From a virus, in IMG/VR virus record IMGVR_UViG_3300045988_159051: DNA of 64,000 nucleotides, one strand, 5' to 3'. The position numbers were made by a program, and so were the translations under genes. Shown here in pieces: positions 20,527 to 30,802 of this stretch (positions are counted from its first letter, which is position 1; every line of letters begins with the position of its first letter). Under the pieces are notes generated by a model. It made no database searches, had not been told where the DNA came from, and saw only the letters and a program-made list of their open reading frames with translations.

Positions 20527-21042
20527 CTATATATCAAATATACTTTTCTTTGTTTTATTTTTAAATTCAACTTTTGGTATTTCTATAATTTCTATATTAG
20601 CTTCTTTTTCTGTTTCTTCTGTTTGAGTTGTGTTCTTATAATCTTCTATCTTATTTTGAACTATAGCCATAAAATACTTTATCTTAACATTAGCTGTTAT
20701 AAAATCTTTATTTAAAGCATCGCATATATAACCATATTCACTATGTAACATATCGTATATTGCTTTGTATCCATAATGACTTACTATTGGTGAATATAAT
20801 TTATTAAAGTACATATTAGTTCTAATAGGCATTTCTAGTATAGATTCAAGTAAATTATTAGTATCTTCTATTAATTTCTTTCTAGTTTCCTTTGCATTAG
20901 AACATTCTTCTGAACAATACATTTTTGTTTTTACATTACCATTTTTAGTCATATAATCAACTTGTACCATATTTTCTTTTATACAATCTTTTCTGCATTC
21001 ATCACACTTTTTAGTTCTAGCCAAACCCAATTCCCCTTTCAT
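20527..21042 (-). CDS. hypothetical Cys-rich protein
   Basis: A 171-aa ORF with an N-terminal CDEC...C motif. Confidence 0.3.
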   Translation of the reverse strand: MKGELGLARTKKCDECRKDCIKENMVQVDYMTKNGNVKTKMYCSEECSNAKETRKKLIEDTNNLLESILEMPIRTNMYFNKLYSPIVSHYGYKAIYDMLHSEYGYICDALNKDFITANVKIKYFMAIVQNKIEDYKNTTQTEETEKEANIEIIEIPKVEFKNKTKKSIFDI

Positions 21043-21126
21043 AAATATTATACTTTATATTATATATTAATTTTTATAATATGTCAATAAAAATACCCAA
21101 GCTATTACACTTGGGTATAAAAATAT

Positions 21127-22200
21127 TTATTTAAACATATCAAATAATGTTTTTAGATCTTCTATTTCCATTTCAGATGTTTTTCCACCTTTAGATTTAA
21201 CAAATGCTATTGCTTTATTTCTAGTCTCGGCATCTGCACTTTTCATTTTATCTTGTATTTGTGGTAATAATTCATCTTTATTTATTACTTCTTCTGATTT
21301 GCCATCTATTTGAGATAAAACTTCTTCCTTTTGAGATATTGCTATTTCATCATTTATTTTCTTTTCTTTTTCTTGTTCTACTTTAAATTCTTCATTAGTC
21401 ATTTTAGTTGATGAAGTACTTTTTATTGCATCTTCTATTGCATTTATAAAGTTATGTGCATTGAATTCTATTTTTTCTACTATATTAGAAAATCTTGAAC
21501 CAGCTTCTACAAATCCATTGCTTCTGAAATATAAATTGGTCTCAACTTCTTTTAATCTTTTGTCTTCTGTGCTTTTTTCTACAACTACAGTACCTATAAC
21601 ATCTGCTTTATGAGCAACTATATTATGATAGTCTGTGTTTAGGTTAGATGATAATATTTGATATTCCTGTTCTTCAGTAGCCCCTTGCTCTTTTATTGTT
21701 TTTAATTTTGTATGTCCCAATACCACTAAACCGTAATATTGATTTAATAATGATATTTTTTCAGTTACAAGTTTTCTCAACTCTATTCTTGGAGCTCCAT
21801 ACCCTCCGAAACAAGCGTTAAAAGTTTTTGAAGGTTTGCCAGTAGCTATTTGTGACAATCTCATTATCTCTTTCTCTGCCAATGGCAATAACTCATCAAG
21901 TGTGTCCACAAATACAAATTCTATTCCATTTTCACCTTTTGTTTCAACTAATTCTTTTACTATCGCATCAAACTCTTTCCAAGTTTCAACATCTAATGCC
22001 TGTATATTATCTAATGCATTGTAGCCTTTTTCTTTGCCTATAGCTAATAATAACCCTTTTGAGGGATCTTGATATCTTTCTAATATAAAATCTCTTGCGA
22101 AAGTAGTTTTGCCCGTCTTGTGCTGCCCTTGTATATAATACATATATTTTGATAAATCTAAAGATACTTTATTTATTTTAGCTTTTTTTAATAAACTCAT
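21127..22200 (-). CDS. AAA_24/Sak4-like RecA-fold ATPase (phage recombination/annealing helper)
   Basis: The Walker A is IQGQHKTGKTT and the Walker B is FVFVDTLDE. Confidence 0.5.
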   Translation of the reverse strand: MSLLKKAKINKVSLDLSKYMYYIQGQHKTGKTTFARDFILERYQDPSKGLLLAIGKEKGYNALDNIQALDVETWKEFDAIVKELVETKGENGIEFVFVDTLDELLPLAEKEIMRLSQIATGKPSKTFNACFGGYGAPRIELRKLVTEKISLLNQYYGLVVLGHTKLKTIKEQGATEEQEYQILSSNLNTDYHNIVAHKADVIGTVVVEKSTEDKRLKEVETNLYFRSNGFVEAGSRFSNIVEKIEFNAHNFINAIEDAIKSTSSTKMTNEEFKVEQEKEKKINDEIAISQKEEVLSQIDGKSEEVINKDELLPQIQDKMKSADAETRNKAIAFVKSKGGKTSEMEIEDLKTLFDMFK

Positions 22201-22283
22201 AACATTATTCCCCTTTATATATTTTATTTACCTAACCCTTGTATTGGGTTGGGATTTAATTTTTACAATATGCTTACTGTTTA

Positions 22284-23300
22284 TTAATCGAACATATTGA
22301 ATATATCATCTTCTGATGAAACAGTTTCTTGGTAATCAGCTAGTGTTTGTTTAGTTTCAACAGCACCATTACCGTATAATTTAGTTAATCCTGTTGCCTC
22401 AATTTTAGTTACAAAGCCACCTTTACCTGTTCCATATTTAGATTTTAAATCATCTAAAGTCATGAATCCTAATTCAACCATTTCTCTTTCTTCTTCTGTA
22501 GCATCTTCTATTTTAAAAGGTGCAGAAGTTGTTCCATTTATATGGTTAACTTTAAACCCTATTTTATATAATTCTTCTCCACTTATATCGAATATTCTTT
22601 TCATTACTTCATATGCTTTATCTGCATTTTCGCCATGTATCTTTTCAAAGTTATATTCTATTTGCTGTGAAAAAGCTAATTGTTTCTTTGCTTTGCTATC
22701 ATAGTTTGCTACATATCCATTTATATAAGCTATTTTATTATCTTCAAATGTAGTATCATCAAAAGCACCTTCACCAAATAATATATCTACTGTTCCAGTA
22801 GCAGATTCTTCATCATCTGTTATATATATTCTAGTTGGTATCATTTTCTTATACTCTTTTCCTTCGTGTCTAGAATAAGCAAACTCACCAACAACTTTAA
22901 AAGTTTTATCTGCATATTCTTCATTTTCTATAACATCTTTTAACGCTAATGCCATATCATATTGAGTTGCAAACTCTAATCTAGTATCTTTATCAAATAC
23001 TATTACTGATTTTTTAAATTCAGCTAATTGTGGTATATATTTTTCTTTGTCTTTATGTAAAAATTGAACATTTTCATATTTACCATCTTCTTTTTTTATT
23101 GAAGAATATATTAATGCTTTTGAATCATCTTTACCTCTTCCATCTCTTATCTCTGCTAAAAATGTATTATCTCCTGACTTTACATTAAATTTTAATGTTC
23201 TACTCATCCAACCATTTTCAGAAGTTTTTTCTTCAAAAAACTTTATTTTTTCTGACTTAGGTTTTGATATTTTTCCTACGATTTCAAATCTGTTACTCAT
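22284..23300 (-). CDS. putative ssDNA-binding protein (acidic C-terminal tail)
   Basis: It lies adjacent to the Sak4-like gene. The C-terminus EDDIFNMFD resembles SSB acidic tails, but there is no firm motif match. Confidence 0.25.
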   Translation of the reverse strand: MSNRFEIVGKISKPKSEKIKFFEEKTSENGWMSRTLKFNVKSGDNTFLAEIRDGRGKDDSKALIYSSIKKEDGKYENVQFLHKDKEKYIPQLAEFKKSVIVFDKDTRLEFATQYDMALALKDVIENEEYADKTFKVVGEFAYSRHEGKEYKKMIPTRIYITDDEESATGTVDILFGEGAFDDTTFEDNKIAYINGYVANYDSKAKKQLAFSQQIEYNFEKIHGENADKAYEVMKRIFDISGEELYKIGFKVNHINGTTSAPFKIEDATEEEREMVELGFMTLDDLKSKYGTGKGGFVTKIEATGLTKLYGNGAVETKQTLADYQETVSSEDDIFNMFD

Positions 23301-23419
23301 AATATTTTTTCTCCCTCGTTTTAATTTGTATAATATGGTAATAAAATCAGAGTTTTATCTTCTGTTTTTATTATATTACTATATTAATTATAGTATAATT
23401 TCTATAATATGTCAACTTA

Positions 23420-23671
23420 TTATTTAATTAATTCTATATATCCTTCTTTCATTAAATCTTCTAAGATATTACTGCTTCTTTTCCTTAGCTTCTTTGCATA
23501 TTCTCCATCATGGTAATTCGCTGGTGAAGGTTGACCAAAGTTATCATCTAAAATACAATATTCTAAGAATCCATTTTCTTCATATCCTCAAAAGAACTCA
23601 GGGTAGTTGTCTCCAACTTTTTTAAATATTCTTGGTAATTCTTTTAATACTTTAAATTCTTTCCCAAACAT
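23420..23671 (-). pseudogene. small gene interrupted by an in-frame TGA
   Basis: The translation reads MFGKEFKVLKELPRIFKKVGDNYPEFF-stop-GYEENGFLEYCILDDNFGQPSPANYHDGEYAKKLRKRSSNILEDLMKEGYIELIK. A GGAG RBS is present, and the TGA is at 23588-23590. Confidence 0.35.
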
Positions 23672-23764
23672 AAATTTCTCCTTAATTTCTAATTAAAAAA
23701 TTTATTTTAATTAAAATTATTTTCTATTCAGATTTACAAAGTACATTTCTTTTAAAGCCTTACA

Positions 23765-23905
23765 CTATTCTAGGTACTGCTCTCTTATTCTTATATCAAT
23801 TCTACTGTCCTCTAACATAAATATAAAAGACGATATTATATCTTTAACTTCATCAATTTCAGTAGCTTTTACTTCTACTGTTAGTACATTATTTTTATTG
23901 CTCAT
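23765..23905 (-). CDS. small protein, duplicate copy A of the 26701..26886 gene
   Basis: The translation MSNKNNVLTVEVKATEIDEVKDII.SFIFMLED.RIDIRIREQYL and the DNA are about 90 percent identical to copy B. Confidence 0.35.
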   Translation of the reverse strand: MSNKNNVLTVEVKATEIDEVKDIISSFIFMLEDSRIDIRIREQYLE

Positions 23906-23936
23906 AACTTCCTCCTAACTTCTCAAATGTTTTATT

Positions 23937-24158
23937 TTAATGAAACTCATTAAAGTATTCTATATATTTTGAAATCTTTTCTTCTATTATATCTAAATCT
24001 TCTTCTTGCTCTCTTGACATATAGATTTGTAATCTTTCAAATTCTCTTTTTATTTCTAAAAATTCTTCAATACTATTTTTAAGACTTTTCATTTCTAAAA
24101 CTAAGTCAATTGATTTTTTCTTATATTCTTTAAAATCATTATCACTCATTACTTTCAT
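23937..24158 (-). CDS. hypothetical protein
   Basis: A 73-aa ORF that ends in the conserved junction motif CATTAAAATAAA. Confidence 0.3.
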   Translation of the reverse strand: MKVMSDNDFKEYKKKSIDLVLEMKSLKNSIEEFLEIKREFERLQIYMSREQEEDLDIIEEKISKYIEYFNEFH

Positions 24159-24435
24159 AATAATACTCCAATTTAATATAAAAGAATTATTTATTCATAA
24201 TTTATTCTTTTTAAATAATCTTCAATTTTCTCATATCCCCTACAAGAATCTCTATAAGTATTAATTATCATGGTATCACATCTTTTACACACTAGGACTG
24301 ATGCTCCATTAATTTTTACATCTTCATTATGAATACAAGTTGTATCATCACATAATATTTTTTTCATCTCTTTCCTCCTTAAATTAAAATTATAAATAAG
24401 CAGCTGCCTACAAAACTAAACATATTACATCCCAA

Positions 24436-24636
24436 TTACTTTATCTTTTGAATTAAATCATCTTTGCTGTTTATGCTTATTTCAAATTCAAACTCGTGTT
24501 TATTATTGTATAAACCAACATGATATTCATCCAAGAAATTGCACTGATTCTCAGTTAGCAGATTTATTCTAACATCACAATCTCCATATGCTATTAGATG
24601 ATCTATTCCCTTTTTAACTAAATGACTTAGTTTCAT
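24436..24636 (-). CDS. hypothetical protein
   Basis: A 66-aa ORF. Confidence 0.3.
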   Translation of the reverse strand: MKLSHLVKKGIDHLIAYGDCDVRINLLTENQCNFLDEYHVGLYNNKHEFEFEISINSKDDLIQKIK

Positions 24637-24856
24637 TGTCTATTCTCCTTAATAAATTTTATTTTAATGGTATTAAACTTTTACTTAACCAAAGTTACTT
24701 TACTTATTTTCCCACAATCTATGCATTCTCTTACCAAGATTATATCGTCTTTCTTAATAGTCATATAGTTATGACCTAAGAAAAAACACTTTATTCTCAT
24801 TAATATGTTCATACTTTTTAAATCTCCTTAATAACTTTATTTTAAGGGAAATGTCT

Positions 24857-25042
24857 TTATATTTCTCCCATCACAGTTTTGACCCAAATAGCTTTTTGAA
24901 TATATTCTTCATCTATTTCAAATTTAATTCTTGACTTCTTTTGACTATCAATAATTTCATAAATAACACCAGCTACTTGTTCTACTGATAACTGTGTAGA
25001 TGGTGCTATATTTTTAGCAAGTTCTAATATTTCTTTCTCCAT
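24857..25042 (-). CDS. hypothetical protein
   Basis: A 61-aa ORF. Confidence 0.25.
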   Translation of the reverse strand: MEKEILELAKNIAPSTQLSVEQVAGVIYEIIDSQKKSRIKFEIDEEYIQKAIWVKTVMGEI

Positions 25043-25383
25043 AATATCCTCCTGTATATTTAAACAAAAGTTTTATTTTAACTGAAATTATATTTATAAG
25101 TATTCTTGCACCTTCTCTTTTAAGTAATGCCAATTATACTTAATAAATACTCTAACTCCCTTACCTTTTAATTTATGAAAATTTCTCTTATAAGTGCAAT
25201 TAGCACAAATCCATCCAATTTTACTACCTAATAGATGTTTTTTATCTTTTTCACAATTATTACACTTCATACTCTCGCTTCCCTTAAAATTTTGAATTTA
25301 TTTGTACGTTCTAAAACTTCTTTTTGGTTTTGCACTAAAAAGAATGATACAAAACTTATCACTCAGTTTAAACTCTAATATAT

Positions 25384-25884
25384 TTATTTTATTTTTTCTA
25401 TTATTATTTTATTATTTTCAATTACTAATTTAATTTCTCTGTTATCCTCAGTTATACCCATTTCTTTTATCCAGGATGTCGGAATTGTGACTCTATTAGT
25501 GATTGCAGCCCCTTTTGCAGTTCCTCCGCTTTTATTAAATATAACTTTAGCAATTTTTTCATCTTTAAAATAGTTAGTTATTTTAAATTTAGTTTCAAAG
25601 TCTTTTATACTTAAAGCGAAATCATTTAATTCTTTTTCACAATTACTTTTAGCTTTTATGCAATCATACACATCTTCAAGTTTATCAAGTACATTTGTAA
25701 ATGTATCAAATTTATCATCTTTCATTTTTTGAATATCAGTATAAAATAATATTATTTCTATATCATCCATTTCTTTTTTTACTAAATTTATATAATAATC
25801 ATCAAATTGCTTTTCTATGGCTCTTGTTGCATTCATTTGAGCTCTTTCTAAAACACTAATTATTTTTTGTATAGATATATTCAT
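25384..25884 (-). CDS. hypothetical protein with AbrB/SpoVT-like C-terminal swapped-hairpin domain
   Basis: The C-terminus is RVTIPTSWIKEMGITEDNREIKLVIENNKIIIEKI. Confidence 0.35.
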   Translation of the reverse strand: MNISIQKIISVLERAQMNATRAIEKQFDDYYINLVKKEMDDIEIILFYTDIQKMKDDKFDTFTNVLDKLEDVYDCIKAKSNCEKELNDFALSIKDFETKFKITNYFKDEKIAKVIFNKSGGTAKGAAITNRVTIPTSWIKEMGITEDNREIKLVIENNKIIIEKIK

Positions 25885-26150
25885 AATTTCCTCCTTGATT
25901 TTTAAATTTCAATTATATATACTTTTAATTAAGTAGATCATATTGGAATGTAAATTGAATTATTATATTAAATATTACATTATTAAGTAGTTCCATATTG
26001 GAATTGTACCAGGAGTTGGCTATATAACTCCTGGTATTTTATTTGTTTAATTCTTTAAGTGCAAGTGCTGTATATAGTTTTAATCCATCTATTTTTAAAA
26101 CCTCTAAGTTATATAATGCAGTTTCCATGTTTATTATCCTTATTTTTATT

Positions 26151-26504
26151 TTATTCAAAATACTTTGCCATTTTATTTCCTATTTTCTCTAATCCGTTTT
26201 TAATTGCAAATTTTTTAGATATAGCAGGTGTGCAACTTTTAGATGTTATATTTGAGAAGTTTTCTATAAAGAATACACTGCTGTCATTATTTCTTATATC
26301 TTCTACTAATTCATCAAATCTTTTATTCATTTTTTCAACCCTATCTTTTGCAGTTATAACTGTTCCATCTTTTTTAACTTTATCTGATATTTTAGAAACT
26401 CTTTCTACCTGCTTTTCCCTAGCAACTTCTATTGTTTCTATAACTTGATTTCTTATTTCTAAAGCCCATTTAATTTGCTTTTCACTTCCAACTAATTCAA
26501 CCAT
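26151..26504 (-). CDS. hypothetical protein
   Basis: A 117-aa ORF. Confidence 0.3.
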   Translation of the reverse strand: MVELVGSEKQIKWALEIRNQVIETIEVAREKQVERVSKISDKVKKDGTVITAKDRVEKMNKRFDELVEDIRNNDSSVFFIENFSNITSKSCTPAISKKFAIKNGLEKIGNKMAKYFE

Positions 26505-26700
26505 TTTATTTGCCTCCTCCTTACTTATTTATCTTAATTATATTATACCATAATTCGTAACGAATTCAACACTTTTTTATGAAAAAGTTAAAAAGTTTTC
26601 GACAAAATATCTTAATAAAATAAATATATTAGAGTTTAAACCGAGTGATAAATTTTTATATTCACTTTTTAATGTGCTTTTTGTATCGTTAAAATGGATT

Positions 26701-26886
26701 TTATCTATTTATATTTACATAAAAATTATTTTTTAAGTATTTGCAACTATTTAAATATTGCTCTCTTATTCTTATATCTATTCTATTATCTTCTAACATA
26801 AATATAAAAGAACCTATTATATCTTTAACTTCATCTATTTCAGTAGCTTTTACTTCTACTGTTAGTACATTATTTTTATTACTCAT
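26701..26886 (-). CDS. small protein, duplicate copy B
   Basis: It has the same N-terminal 40 aa as copy A and a different C-terminus. Confidence 0.35.
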   Translation of the reverse strand: MSNKNNVLTVEVKATEIDEVKDIIGSFIFMLEDNRIDIRIREQYLNSCKYLKNNFYVNINR

Positions 26887-26945
26887 AACTTCCTCCTATG
26901 CTCCCGACATTAATGTCGGTACCAAACCATCTTAAAGACTTTATT

Positions 26946-27416
26946 TTAATGAGTTTCCATAACTTCTTCTAATAATTCAGTATTTTCATATATATTTCCA
27001 ATTACATAATATACATAACTTTCTAAATCTAAAGTCATTTGAAAATAATTTCTTTCATTACCTTTGTGAAATACGTATCCTGCTGTCGTTTCATCATATA
27101 TAACTCTACCGATAATATCATCACCAAAGTAATCTTCTATTTTAACTATATCTCCTTCATATAATTTATTCTTGTTACTATCCTTTAATCCAATATATTG
27201 CATTATTACAGATTCTACTGGTTCAAAATGCTCTATATACGTCCCTTCTCCGTCTTTGTAGTACACATTCTCTCTATTTGTCATTTCCATCAATGTTAGA
27301 TTGAAACCATTAAAAATTTCAAACTCAAGTTTATATTTACTTTTTGGATAGGTTTCATCTAAATAAATCATGCAACTTTTATTCTTATTCCATGCTCTAA
27401 ACTTAATTTCTCTCAT
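26946..27416 (-). CDS. YopX-family phage protein (paralog 2)
   Basis: The N-terminus is MREIKFRAWNK and the C-terminus is VIGNIYENTELL. Confidence 0.6.
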   Translation of the reverse strand: MREIKFRAWNKNKSCMIYLDETYPKSKYKLEFEIFNGFNLTLMEMTNRENVYYKDGEGTYIEHFEPVESVIMQYIGLKDSNKNKLYEGDIVKIEDYFGDDIIGRVIYDETTAGYVFHKGNERNYFQMTLDLESYVYYVIGNIYENTELLEEVMETH

Positions 27417-27665
27417 AACTTCCTCCTATTTTAAATACTTGCTCAATTTACCAATGTCATGACCATTTGTACTTATTATCTTTGATGTTCCTTTTATTCC
27501 CAAATCCAATGCTCCCAATATTTCTTTTACATCTTCTAAAGAATTTATCTTATCCGTATCTATTTTATACACCTCCTATATAATCTGTATCAATAGCACA
27601 TGTTATACAATTCTCGTTTAAGTTATCTTTCATGACTTCCTCCTATTCTCCTTAATAAATTTACT

Positions 27666-27863
27666 TTAATGAATTTCAACTAAATATTCTCTTATTCCAT
27701 CAACAAACTCACAATCTTCACTTATTTTAATTTGTAATCCTACAAACAATATTTGAATTACATTCTTTAAATCTTCAAGACTATTAACCTTATCAAAATC
27801 AACTGCATAATTCTTTGGTATTCTTATTGCAAATGTTTCTCCGCTATATTTAATGTTTTTCAT
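27666..27863 (-). CDS. hypothetical protein
   Basis: A 65-aa ORF with the conserved junction motif at both ends. Confidence 0.3.
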   Translation of the reverse strand: MKNIKYSGETFAIRIPKNYAVDFDKVNSLEDLKNVIQILFVGLQIKISEDCEFVDGIREYLVEIH

Positions 27864-28033
27864 ATCTACTTCCGGTTCTCCTTAATATTTTGATTTTATT
27901 TATTTAATTTCCATAACAATTCCAAAATAATTAAACACAGCATAACTATTATTAAAATCATTATTATAAACAACATCACAACATACTTATCTATCTCGCC
28001 ACTCCCCATCTTCTATGTGATAAATTGATATTT

Positions 28034-28252
28034 TTATTCAATAATTTCTGATATTTGATTATATATATCAATTAATAATTCATCAATTTCTTCTCTTTTA
28101 TTGTTTAATTCTCCCAAGAATCCATTATATTCTTCCATTGAAAAATACAATAAGAATTGTTTTAATAACTTTGATTCTTCATCTGTTAGAACTATCCTAA
28201 CCATAACCAACCTCCATTTAATTAAAAGAATTATTTTATTTATTCCTCTCAA
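28034..28252 (-). CDS. hypothetical protein
   Basis: A 72-aa ORF. Confidence 0.3.
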   Translation of the reverse strand: MRGINKIILLIKWRLVMVRIVLTDEESKLLKQFLLYFSMEEYNGFLGELNNKREEIDELLIDIYNQISEIIE

Positions 28253-28265
28253 AAGTTTTATTTAA

Positions 28266-28490
28266 TTAGAATTTACACTCATCAAAACACTCTATGCTAT
28301 ACATATCAGTATGACCTTCATACACTTCTATCGTAACCATATCGCAAGAATTAACTTCTAATACTCTATATTTACGTCCTTCTTTTAATCCAAATTCATC
28401 TGTATTGGCAACCACATAATCACCTACACCAACTTCTATTTCTTCTGAACAGCTATCATACATATTTAATATTGCCTTCATAACTTTCAT
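28266..28490 (-). CDS. hypothetical protein
   Basis: A 74-aa ORF. Confidence 0.3.
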   Translation of the reverse strand: MKVMKAILNMYDSCSEEIEVGVGDYVVANTDEFGLKEGRKYRVLEVNSCDMVTIEVYEGHTDMYSIECFDECKF

Positions 28491-28514
28491 TTCTCCTTAA
28501 TAACTTTATTTTAT

Positions 28515-28727
28515 TTAGAATCTATCATTTTCTAAATCTATTAAAATATATCTTAGTACATTTGTTATATTGTTAAATTCGTTTACCCTATCTATCATAT
28601 GTTTAATTTCCTGATTTGAGCATTTTTTATTATAACCCATTTCCATTGACAAACTTAACATTTGATAATCATAAAAATCTATTATTCTTTTTATAAACTT
28701 ACGTTTAATTGATTTAATCATATTCAC
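28515..28727 (-). CDS. hypothetical protein
   Basis: A 70-aa ORF. Confidence 0.3.
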   Translation of the reverse strand: MNMIKSIKRKFIKRIIDFYDYQMLSLSMEMGYNKKCSNQEIKHMIDRVNEFNNITNVLRYILIDLENDRF

Positions 28728-28964
28728 TTTATCATTTCCTTTTAAAACTTTATTTTAATGCTTCTTTAAGCTGGTTTGATATTTTATCATTTACATAGTT
28801 TTACAGTATATCTTTAGCTTTCTTTAATAATTCTATCAATTCATCTAATTCTTCTTTAAATATATTGATATAACATCCAGTTTCTTTTATCTCTATACAA
28901 TAAACACCTTCATCATAATTTTCATTTTTTGAAATTTTATATAATTCGCTTTCTATTGCTTTTA

Positions 28965-29204
28965 TCATTTATTTCTCCTCATTCTATTTAAAATACTTAT
29001 TAGTTCTTCTTTTTGTTCTAAACTTAAACAACTATAACTCTTTTCTATTTCTTCCTCCAACTTTTTAGGAATACTTCTCCTTCCTGTTTCTACCATTGAT
29101 AAAAAAGCTGGAGTTGTATTTAATTTTATAGCCATATCTTTAAGTAGTTCTTCATTATCTATTCTCAACTTTCTTAAGAATTTTCCAAATTCAGTAAGTT
29201 TCAT
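28965..29204 (-). CDS. XRE-family helix-turn-helix regulator
   Basis: LRKLRIDNEELLKDMAIKLNTTPAFLSMVETGRRSIP fits the HTH_XRE pattern. Confidence 0.5.
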   Translation of the reverse strand: MKLTEFGKFLRKLRIDNEELLKDMAIKLNTTPAFLSMVETGRRSIPKKLEEEIEKSYSCLSLEQKEELISILNRMRRNK

Positions 29205-29226
29205 AATTTCCTCCTAACTTTATTTT

Positions 29227-29508
29227 TTAGAATCCAAACCACATATATAATCCATCTCCTGATGGGTACTTTATAGTTTTAAAATATATCTCAACTTCTT
29301 CTATTGTTAATTCTCTTGATTCTCTACACTCATTGCATTCTAACCATTCTTCATTATATTCAGATGACCCATTTTCACACCAAGTCATTTTCTTACCACA
29401 TTTTTTACAACTAAAAGGCTCTCTTTTCATATTTATCACTTCCTTTAAACTTTTTATTTTATTTAGAATATTAATGAATAAATGTCCTAAAATTGTCTCA
29501 AAGGACAT
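29227..29508 (-). CDS. small zinc-ribbon protein
   Basis: It has CKKCGKK...CNEC. Confidence 0.3.
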   Translation of the reverse strand: MSFETILGHLFINILNKIKSLKEVINMKREPFSCKKCGKKMTWCENGSSEYNEEWLECNECRESRELTIEEVEIYFKTIKYPSGDGLYMWFGF

Positions 29509-29535
29509 TTATTTGTACATTCTAAAACTCCTCTT

Positions 29536-29895
29536 TTAAACTAACAATTCTGGATTTTCGTATATATTTCCTATTACTTTACACTTATTGTATATTTTAC
29601 CTACAAAATAATCTCCTGCTCTATATATCCCAAAGTGATATTCTACTTTTTCAGTTATTATTTCATCTTCAACATTTGAATAAAATTCAACTATATCGCC
29701 TTCATATATTTCTTTTCCGTTTTTATCTTTAATACCTGTGTATTGCATTAATGTATATAAATATAAAGGTCTTACATCATCTTTGGTGTTTACATAGCAA
29801 TCATTCCCTAGATGCGAGTATGATACTATTAAATTATCTTGGTCATACATAATATTTTCTTCTTTATTCCATGCTCTAAATTTTATATTTCTCAT
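29536..29895 (-). CDS. YopX-family phage protein (paralog 3)
   Basis: The N-terminus is MRNIKFRAWNKEEN and the C-terminus is VIGNIYENPELL. Confidence 0.6.
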   Translation of the reverse strand: MRNIKFRAWNKEENIMYDQDNLIVSYSHLGNDCYVNTKDDVRPLYLYTLMQYTGIKDKNGKEIYEGDIVEFYSNVEDEIITEKVEYHFGIYRAGDYFVGKIYNKCKVIGNIYENPELLV

Positions 29896-29930
29896 AACTT
29901 CCTCCTAACATCTTAAAAGTTTTATTTTAC

Positions 29931-30317
29931 TTAGAAATTATTTATATTTTTAATATCAGTATATTTATCTCCAAGAGTTCCACTTATATTTATTATAAAA
30001 CCATATTTATCTGCTAATTCTATTTCTAAAGCATTACCTGTTTCACAAGTATAATCTCTATGAAATACTTTACTCCCCAAATTATAGCTTTCTGCTATTC
30101 TATTTGCTTCTGCCATACTTTTAGCCTTACACACTACCCTAAATTGATTATGATAACCTTTATATCCTAACTCTACAAGTTTTTCATATTGATTTCCTGT
30201 AATCATAACTAAAGTTCCATAATATTTTTCTTTTCTTGCCACATCTATCACTTCCTTTAAAACTTTGATTTTAATGATATTATTCTGTTTCTTCATAATA
30301 TCTTTTTTCACATTCAA
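29931..30317 (-). CDS. hypothetical protein
   Basis: A 128-aa ORF. Confidence 0.3.
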   Translation of the reverse strand: MNVKKDIMKKQNNIIKIKVLKEVIDVARKEKYYGTLVMITGNQYEKLVELGYKGYHNQFRVVCKAKSMAEANRIAESYNLGSKVFHRDYTCETGNALEIELADKYGFIINISGTLGDKYTDIKNINNF

Positions 30318-30469
30318 ACTTATATGCTAGGCATACAAATTCGCATTTTCTTATCTCTAAGCAATCACAACAACAAATGTTCTTGTTTAATATATTACAA
30401 TCATCATTCATACATTTAGCATCTTCCACAACTTACAACTCCTTTTCTAAATAAAAATTATCTTTTATT

Positions 30470-30802
30470 TTATTTTATATATTTAACATTAACACTAATA
30501 TCATCGAACCATTCTCTTATAGCTTTAGTTTTATTGCCGCTAATAATATAATTTATCTCCCTAATAACCTGTCTTGGATTATCAAATTTACCTATACATA
30601 TCCAATCCATAAGGCGATTCTCAAATATATATAATTTAAATTTATTATTACTTCTATATATTCTAAATTCTGCATTATTTATATAATACGATTTATAGAA
30701 TATATTCCCATAACGCATTAAATTTTCATGTTTAATCTTTTTCATAAATTTTATTTTATACTTTAATATTTCCATACTAAATCCTCCTATAAAATCTAAC
30801 AT
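30470..30802 (-). CDS. hypothetical protein
   Basis: A 110-aa ORF that overlaps the upstream ORF by 26 nt. Confidence 0.3.
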   Translation of the reverse strand: MLDFIGGFSMEILKYKIKFMKKIKHENLMRYGNIFYKSYYINNAEFRIYRSNNKFKLYIFENRLMDWICIGKFDNPRQVIREINYIISGNKTKAIREWFDDISVNVKYIK

